Shown in pieces: positions 58,470 to 64,000 of a DNA stretch of 64,000 nucleotides. Below the pieces are notes generated by a model, which saw only the letters and a program-made list of their open reading frames with translations, was not told the origin of the DNA and searched no databases. The DNA lies in assembly GCA_963666565.1 (NCBI GenBank), contig OY762911.1, positions 2,728,476 to 2,792,475 on the forward strand, in the 5' to 3' direction. This DNA is from Thermoanaerobaculia bacterium (lineage in GTDB: Bacteria; Acidobacteriota; Thermoanaerobaculia; Multivoradales; Multivoraceae). The position numbers and the translations under genes were made by a program. Position 1 is the first letter of the stretch. Each line of letters begins with the position of its first letter.

Positions 58470-59069
58470 CTATCCGGCCCCGGCGAAACGCCGCCCGAGA
58501 ACGTCGAAGAAGCCGGCCATGAAGCGGTAGGTCAGGCCCCAGACGATGTGCCGTTCGGGATCGCCCACCACGACGCCCGGGAAGCTCACTTCCGGGTAGG
58601 GCGGGTGCCGATAGTCGATGGCCCGGGAAGGCTCCTCGAACCAGGCCAGGGGCGCCCAGAGCGCTTCGGCGACTTCGTAGTTCGGCGTGAGGTCGTTTCC
58701 GGCGCCGGCGTCCACTTCGTAGACGAAGGCCGCGATGCGGAGTTGCCTTCCCTGGCCGGCGCGCTGGCCGGTCTGGTCGTCGAGCCGGCCGATCGGGCGC
58801 GCGCCCTCGAGCGAGAGGCCGACCTCCTCCTCGGTCTCTCGCTCGGCGGTGTGCCGGAGGTCCCGATCCGTGTCGTCGTGCCGGCCCCCGGGGAACGCCA
58901 TCTGGCCGGACCACGGGTCCCGCGGCTTCTTCGATCGCTCGATGAACAGAGCTTCCGGTCCGGCCGCCGACGGGCGCAACACCATCGCGACGCTCGCCTC
59001 GAACGCGGCCGGCGGCAGGATCTTCGGCTCGTGCGCCGCGAGCCGTCGCCGGATCCCGGCGATGTCCAT
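58470..59069 (-). CDS. NUDIX hydrolase (CoA pyrophosphatase NudL-like).
   Basis: Nudix box GGRHDDTDRDLRHTAERETEEEVGL. Start taken at MDIAGIRRRL. The track ORF extends to 59159. Confidence 0.7.
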   Translation of the reverse strand: MDIAGIRRRLAAHEPKILPPAAFEASVAMVLRPSAAGPEALFIERSKKPRDPWSGQMAFPGGRHDDTDRDLRHTAERETEEEVGLSLEGARPIGRLDDQTGQRAGQGRQLRIAAFVYEVDAGAGNDLTPNYEVAEALWAPLAWFEEPSRAIDYRHPPYPEVSFPGVVVGDPERHIVWGLTYRFMAGFFDVLGRRFAGAG

Positions 59070-59274
59070 GACGGGCGGCGGCGAGGCGGCCGTATCGTCG
59101 TCGGCGGCTGCCTGCGCACCCCGATCGGATGTCGAACGATGTCGTGCCGCGACCCGCATGGGGCCGGTACCTTCTCACATTCCGTAGTGGAGTGCGCGGC
59201 CGGTTCCGGGTCAGGGATCGCTACGATCAATGCTACGATCAGCCGAGCATGAAGCAAACCCGGAGGACGACACG

Positions 59275-59583
59275 ATGGCGATCAACATCGCGCACCGGCC
59301 GGATCTCGACAAACGGGTCGAGTACCTTGCGAAGGTGATGTACGGGGGCGTGCGGGGCAGCAAGGTGAAGGTGATCGAGAAGGCGATCGACGCGCTCGAG
59401 GAGAAGCGAGGCAGCCGGAAGTGCAGTCCGGAGGAGATCCGGACGACCCTCAACAGGTTCCTCAAGAACGGTCCGCGCCTGAGGGCGGAGGCTCTGGCTG
59501 CCGATCCGACCCTCGACCCGAGCCGTCCGCTGTCCGAGACGCTCTTCGAGAAGCTCTACGATGAGCGGGGCCTGCCACGGTGA
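59275..59583 (+). CDS. vapB: Type II toxin-antitoxin system VapB-family antitoxin.
   Basis: 102 aa from the ATG at 59275 with GGAGGA 8 nt upstream. Immediately precedes and overlaps a PIN-domain gene. Confidence 0.55.
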   Translation: MAINIAHRPDLDKRVEYLAKVMYGGVRGSKVKVIEKAIDALEEKRGSRKCSPEEIRTTLNRFLKNGPRLRAEALAADPTLDPSRPLSETLFEKLYDERGLPR

Positions 59584-59987
59584 TCGCGGTCGATTCGTCG
59601 GCGGTCGTGGCGATCCTTCATGAGGAGCCGGAGTGCAAGAGCTTCGTTGAGTGCATCCTGCGGGCTGGCGGCGCGGTCGTCTCGGCCGCCTCCATTGTCG
59701 AGCTGGCCGCGGTCACCGCCGGCAAGAAGCTGGCCTCGCGCGCGCTCGACGAGTTTCTCCTGACTCCTTTCGTTCAGATCGAGCCGGTCGACGTCGAGCA
59801 GGCGCTGATCGGCGTCGAGGCGTATCGCCGCTTCGGCCGGGGGCAACACCCCGCGCGCCTGAACCTGGGAGATGCGTTCGCCTACGCTCTCGCGCGCCGG
59901 AAGAACCTGCCGCTGCTGTTCAAGGGCGACGACTTCGCGAAGACGGACATCGAGCCGGCCTTGCCGGCGGAGTCGCGGACCGATTGA
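59580..59987 (+). CDS. vapC: PIN-domain ribonuclease toxin VapC.
   Basis: VIAVDSSAVVAIL with conserved acidic residues. GTG start overlapping the vapB stop (GTGA). Confidence 0.65.
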   Translation: MIAVDSSAVVAILHEEPECKSFVECILRAGGAVVSAASIVELAAVTAGKKLASRALDEFLLTPFVQIEPVDVEQALIGVEAYRRFGRGQHPARLNLGDAFAYALARRKNLPLLFKGDDFAKTDIEPALPAESRTD

Positions 59988-60151
59988 CGTGCGGAACGCC
60001 CTCGTGGCGCCGCGGGCGACGGGCGCGTGTCGATCCAACGGGCTACGCGCCGAACGTCCCCTTGAGCCAGTCGATCGGCACCCGGTCGAACTCCTCGGGC
60101 TTCTCCTGCTGGGTCCAGTGGCCCGCACCCCCTGCTAGCCTGCGTTCCGCG

Positions 60152-60484
60152 ATGAAGCGCTTCTACCTCCTACTCTGCGTCTTGGGCACGGTGCTGCCGT
60201 ACTGGCAGTTCCTGCGGTTCTTCCTGGGCGACGCCGGGTTCGACCTGCCCGGCTTCATCGGCGCGGCGACGGCCAATCCGGTAGCGGCCGGCTTCAGCAT
60301 CGACCTCGTCGTGTCGTCCGCCGCGTTCTGGGTCTTCCTGTTCACGGACGGCCGCCGACACCGTATCGGCCATCTGTGGGTGTACGTCGCGGCGAACCTG
60401 CTGGTCGGCCTGTCGCTGGCGCTGCCGCTCTACCTCTACCGCCGCGCGGCGGCGATCGAACCACTGGGTACGCGTGTCTTCTGA
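60152..60484 (+). CDS. Small membrane protein (DUF2834-like).
   Basis: 110 aa from the ATG at 60152, 3-4 TM helices. Its stop codon lies inside hairpin 1 of repeat copy E. Confidence 0.45.
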   Translation: MKRFYLLLCVLGTVLPYWQFLRFFLGDAGFDLPGFIGAATANPVAAGFSIDLVVSSAAFWVFLFTDGRRHRIGHLWVYVAANLLVGLSLALPLYLYRRAAAIEPLGTRVF

Positions 60485-60533
60485 CCCGCTGCCGCCGCCA
60501 GGCGGCCGGGAGACGCCGCCGCGAAGCGGCGAC
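60464..60533 (+). repeat. Copy E of the triple-hairpin intergenic repeat.
   Basis: ctgggtacgcgtgtcttctgacccgctgccgccgccaggcggccgggagacgccgccgcgaagcggcgacc. Confidence 0.8.
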
Positions 60534-60605
60534 CTGCCGCCGTGCCCGGGCCGCCCGCGGACGGCGCGGGCCGCGACGGCCTGAGCTGGCTGGAGTTTCC
60601 TCGAT

Positions 60606-61142
60606 TCAGGACGTCGCGTCCGGCGGCCACGGCTTGGTGCGGATGACACGACCGACGTCGCCCGGCTCGGCAATCGCGCGCTGCTTCGAGAGCACCTCGC
60701 TCATCCGCTCGTGAATCTCGGGCGGAAAGAGAGTGCTGCGCCGCGTGTCCAGGTCGATATGGATGCTCAGCAGCTCGTGCGTCGCGGCGACGTAGCCTTC
60801 CTCGGCGTGCAGCATGCGCATGAAGGTGTGGTACTTCTTGTCGTCGAAGCCCAGAAGCTCCGCTTCGACCATGATCGGCGCGCCCTCCGGCAGTTCCCTC
60901 AGCCAGGTGAGATGGCTGTCGATGGAGAACGTGGAGCGCCGGTGCGAGCGGCGGTAGGTCCGGTCGATGCCCAGGAACGCGGTCCAGGGGCCCGTCGCGT
61001 CGTCGAACGCGACCAGGTAGTAGCCGGCGTTCATGTGGCCGTTGTGGTCGATCCACTCCGGCAGGACCGTAGCGGTCCAGATCTGCTGCGGGTCGGTCAA
61101 GTGGGGGTCCAGGAGCTTGCGCCGGAATGCGCAGCGTAGCAA
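60606..61142 (-). CDS. Hotdog-fold acyl-CoA thioesterase (4HBT/YbgC-like). Start is uncertain.
   Basis: HNGHMNAGYY...H.DL 4HBT-like region. No in-frame ATG near the domain start. Candidate TTG starts at 61142 or 61100. The upstream part of the 475-aa track ORF looks non-coding (Arg-rich). Confidence 0.5.
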   Translation of the reverse strand: MLRCAFRRKLLDPHLTDPQQIWTATVLPEWIDHNGHMNAGYYLVAFDDATGPWTAFLGIDRTYRRSHRRSTFSIDSHLTWLRELPEGAPIMVEAELLGFDDKKYHTFMRMLHAEEGYVAATHELLSIHIDLDTRRSTLFPPEIHERMSEVLSKQRAIAEPGDVGRVIRTKPWPPDATS

Positions 61143-61292
61143 GTCCGCGGCGCAAGCTCCTGGACGAGGACGGGATGGGCCGAAGCGCCGAGCCTGCGAG
61201 GAGCTTCGAGGCGGCAACTGGAAGCGGCTCTTGCGCCTGGAACACCTTGCTACGATCCCGCGCCGGACACGGCCACCACAGGAGTCCCTCGC

Positions 61293-62132
61293 ATGAGAGT
61301 CGGCATCTCGCTCCCCGTCCGCGAACTGAAGGACGATCTCGGCGCGGTCAAGGCGTTCGCGCAGGCCGCCGATGAACTCGGCTACACCCACCTGCGCGTG
61401 CCGGACCTGGTCGCCCGGCCGAAGAGCGGGCACCTTCATGAGCCCCTCGTCCTGCTGGCATACGTCGCCGCGACGGTGGTGAACATCGAACTCGTACCCT
61501 CGGTCATCGTCACCCCGTCGCGCCAGACGGTGCTGCTGGCGAAGCAACTGGCGACACTCGAACGGCTGTCGGGGGGCGGCGTGCGTCTCGGCGTCGGCGT
61601 CGGCGGCAGCGAGGCCGAGTACCGGGCGCTGGGGCAGGACTTCCGTACCCGCGGCGCGCGCTGCGAAGAACAACTGGAGCTGCTGCGGCGCCTGTGGACG
61701 GAGCCGAACGTCGACTTCGAGGGCCGCTGGGACGTGGTCCAGGGCACGGGCATCGATCCCTTGCCGTCTCGTGCGATCCCGATCTGGATCGGCGCGCGCG
61801 GGTTGCCGGTGCCTCGCATACGCCGCCGCATCGGCCGGCAGGCGGACGGCTGGTTCGTCCTGTGCTCGCCGGAGGACTTCGACGATCTCTCGTCCGACAT
61901 TCACGTCGCGGCGCGGGCCGCAGGCCGGGAACCGGCGGCCATCGGCACGGAGGCTGGTGTCGCGGTGGTGGGGCCGCGCGAGCACGAGTGGCAGGATCGC
62001 GTCCGGGGCTGGCGGGAGAAGGGGTTGACCCACCTGTGCCTACGCACCTTGGGAGGCGGTCTGGGCGGGGACGCGGACGCGCACATCGCGAAGGCAAGAC
62101 AGGCCTTCGAGGAGCTGCAGGAGCTGTTCTGA
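61293..62132 (+). CDS. LLM-class (luciferase-like) F420-dependent oxidoreductase family protein.
   Basis: 279 aa with the TIM-barrel luciferase-like signature (GISLPVREL...[10 protein letters not shown]..., [15 protein letters not shown]). Confidence 0.65.
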   Translation: MRVGISLPVRELKDDLGAVKAFAQAADELGYTHLRVPDLVARPKSGHLHEPLVLLAYVAATVVNIELVPSVIVTPSRQTVLLAKQLATLERLSGGGVRLGVGVGGSEAEYRALGQDFRTRGARCEEQLELLRRLWTEPNVDFEGRWDVVQGTGIDPLPSRAIPIWIGARGLPVPRIRRRIGRQADGWFVLCSPEDFDDLSSDIHVAARAAGREPAAIGTEAGVAVVGPREHEWQDRVRGWREKGLTHLCLRTLGGGLGGDADAHIAKARQAFEELQELF

Positions 62133-62177
62133 CGCCTGTCGAGCATCGCCCGGCTTCACCGTTCGCCTTGACACGCC

Positions 62178-62206
62178 GGCGCTCAGCGAGCACAATCCCC
62201 GTTTCC
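62178..62206 (+). promoter_or_regulatory. Candidate sigma70-type promoter upstream of the homocitrate synthase-like gene.
   Basis: TTGACA, a 17-nt spacer, then CACAAT. It sits 170 nt upstream of the ATG at 62377 and is followed by a 30-codon small ORF (62207-62299). Confidence 0.35.
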
Positions 62207-62376
62207 ATGACTCAATCGACGATCACACCGTCTCTGGTCAAGCCGCTGCACAAGCGGGGCGTGAAGCCCCGACTTCAGGACTGGGTGCCCATCGCCTAGA
62301 AACCCGCAGCGACACTTCTCGGCCGGCCATCCAGTTCAAGGATGCGCCGGCTTTCTTGTATCCGGAGGATCCCTCC

Positions 62377-63537
62377 ATGCCTTCCCATCCAGCCATCATC
62401 GAGTCGACCCTGCGCGAGGGTGAGCAGTTCGCCAACGCCTTCTTCGACAGCGACCAGAAGGTGGAGATCGCGCGCCTGCTGGACGCGTTCGGGGTCGAGT
62501 ACCTCGAGTTGACCTCGCCAGCCGCGAGCCGCGGCAGCCGGCAGGACTGTCAGCGGGTGGCGAGCCTGGGGCTCCGCGCCAAGGTACTGACCCACACCCG
62601 CTGCCATCTGGACGACGCGAGGCTGGCGCTCGAAACCGGCGTCGACGGGATCGACGTCGTCTTCGGCACCTCCCGCTACCTGCGGGAGTACTCCCACGGC
62701 AAGAGCATGGAGCAGGTGATCGAGACGGCGGTCGAAGTGGTCGAGTACATCCGGTCGCACGATGTCGAGGTTCGCTTCAGCACGGAGGACTCCTTCCGCA
62801 GCGATCCGGACGATCTGATCCGGGCCTACCGCGCGGTGAACGAGGTCGGCGTGAACCGGGTCGGCGTCGCCGACACCGTGGGCGTGGCGAGTCCGCGTCA
62901 GGTCTACGACCTGGTGCGTCAACTCCGCGAGGAAGTCGACTGCGACATCGAGTTCCACGGCCACAACGACACCGGCTGCGCGGTCGCCAACGCCTTCTGC
63001 GCGCTGGAGGCGGGTGCGACCCACGTCGACACGTCGGTGCTCGGAATCGGCGAGCGGAACGGCATCACGCCGCTCGGCGGCCTGGTCGCGCGGCTCTACG
63101 CCGAGGATCCCGAAGGCGTTCGGTCGCGCTACGACCTGCCGCTGCTGCGCGAGATCGAGAACTACGTCGCTTCCCTCGTCGAGGTCGACGTGCCGTTCAA
63201 CAACTACATCACCGGCTACACGGCGTTCACGCACAAGGCGGGCATCCACGCCAAGGCGATCCTGAACGACCCGTCGACCTACGAGATCCTCGATCCGGCC
63301 GACTTCGGTCTCGACCGCTACGTCCACGTCGCGCATCGCCTCACCGGCTGGAACGCGATCAAGTCCCGCGTCGAGCAGTTGCGGCTTGAACTGAGCGATG
63401 CGCAGATCAAGGACATCACGGCCCACATCAAGGCGCTGGCCGATGAAAAGCCGCTCAGCCTGTCGGACGTCGACGCCCTGCTGCGCGAGTACCACACGGC
63501 GGAGTTGCTGCCGGCGGTGGCGGGAGCGGCCGGGTGA
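62377..63537 (+). CDS. Homocitrate synthase / 2-isopropylmalate synthase-family enzyme (LYS20/LysS-like short form).
   Basis: [12 protein letters not shown] and [17 protein letters not shown]-like motifs. No LeuA C-terminal regulatory domain (386 aa). ATG with GGAGGA 7 nt upstream. Confidence 0.75.
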   Translation: MPSHPAIIESTLREGEQFANAFFDSDQKVEIARLLDAFGVEYLELTSPAASRGSRQDCQRVASLGLRAKVLTHTRCHLDDARLALETGVDGIDVVFGTSRYLREYSHGKSMEQVIETAVEVVEYIRSHDVEVRFSTEDSFRSDPDDLIRAYRAVNEVGVNRVGVADTVGVASPRQVYDLVRQLREEVDCDIEFHGHNDTGCAVANAFCALEAGATHVDTSVLGIGERNGITPLGGLVARLYAEDPEGVRSRYDLPLLREIENYVASLVEVDVPFNNYITGYTAFTHKAGIHAKAILNDPSTYEILDPADFGLDRYVHVAHRLTGWNAIKSRVEQLRLELSDAQIKDITAHIKALADEKPLSLSDVDALLREYHTAELLPAVAGAAG

Positions 63538-64000
63538 CCGGGCCGGGTCGGCTGGCCGACACCGCGCGGACGTTCGCCCAGAAGGCCCTCGCTCGCGCCG
63601 GCGGGCAGGCGGCCGCGGCGGTGGGCGAGATCGTGGACGCGCGGCCGGACATCGTGCTCAGCCACGACAACACGGCGCCCATTGCCGAGACTTGGCGGCA
63701 GTTCGGTCAGGAGCGGGTCGCGATCCCGGAACGGATGGCGGTCACGCTCGACCACGCCGTGCCGGCGCCGACGGTACGGCACGCCCGGAACCACGCCGAG
63801 GTTCGCGCGTTCGTCGCCGAGCAGGGAGTCGAGCACTTCTTCGAGGTCGGGCGCGGCATCTGCCACCAGGTGCTGAGCGAGGAGGCGGTCGTGCTGCCGG
63901 GCGACACGATCCTCGGTTCCGATTCCCACACGCCGCACTTCGGCTGGCTGGGGGCGTTCGGCGCCGGCGTCGGCCGCAGCGAGATGGCGGTGCTCTGGGC
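63534..64000 (+). CDS. Aconitase-family large subunit (homoaconitase LysT / 3-isopropylmalate dehydratase LeuC), 3' partial at the window end.
   Basis: GTG start overlapping the upstream stop (GTGA). IVLSHDNT and GSDSHT aconitase-family motifs. Confidence 0.7.
   Translation, partial: MTGPGRLADTARTFAQKALARAGGQAAAAVGEIVDARPDIVLSHDNTAPIAETWRQFGQERVAIPERMAVTLDHAVPAPTVRHARNHAEVRAFVAEQGVEHFFEVGRGICHQVLSEEAVVLPGDTILGSDSHTPHFGWLGAFGAGVGRSEMAVLW

Overview
This is a high-GC (about 70%) bacterial chromosomal segment, possibly Acidobacteriota/Gemmatimonadota-like. That taxonomic guess is uncertain and rests on a CarbopepD-domain TonB-receptor-like outer-membrane protein, the Bat operon, a long-form isocitrate lyase and DUF3604/DUF4953 proteins. 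Coding density is high and there are many overlapping start/stop junctions (GTGA/ATGA). Several giant ORFs in the six-frame track (1325, 1504, 1465, 1137, 1031 aa and others) are high-GC artefacts antisense or out of frame to real genes. I split them into their real constituent genes by inspecting protein motifs and start-codon context.

Recognisable content:
- A four-gene molybdenum hydroxylase operon: a TAT-signal 2Fe-2S subunit, a molybdopterin subunit, an FAD subunit and a b-type cytochrome.
- A benzoylformate-decarboxylase-like TPP enzyme encoded divergently from a long-form isocitrate lyase.
- A secreted DUF4953 zinc metalloprotease translationally coupled to an M20 amidohydrolase.
- fabI, an EamA transporter, and two tandem PQQ-dependent sugar dehydrogenase paralogs.
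- A class I/II aminotransferase.
- A nucleotidyltransferase coupled to a sulfatase-superfamily gene.
- rnd, a UbiC-like protein, efp-epmA, and a DUF4097 repeat protein.
- An EVE-domain protein, a frameshifted arginase, and lepA.
- Two divergent DUF3604 proteins, hemW, a TPR protein, ddl, and a metB/metC-like gene.
- A very large TonB-dependent-receptor-like outer-membrane protein.
- A GT2/LAB_N pair and a histidine phosphatase.
- A complete eight-gene moxR-DUF58-batABCDE aerotolerance operon.
- A NUDIX hydrolase, a vapBC pair, a DUF2834 protein, a hotdog thioesterase and an LLM oxidoreductase.
- A homocitrate/isopropylmalate synthase followed by an aconitase-family large subunit.

The most unusual non-coding signal is a family of intergenic elements of about 70-80 nt. 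Each has three tandem GC-rich hairpins (GCGGGTC-TTCY-GACCCGC, GCCGCC-GAAG-GCGGC, GCCGC-GAA-GCGGC). There are at least six copies at gene boundaries, plus larger composite repeats and a roughly 38-nt inverted repeat.

I found no tRNA/rRNA, CRISPR array or recognisable transposase.
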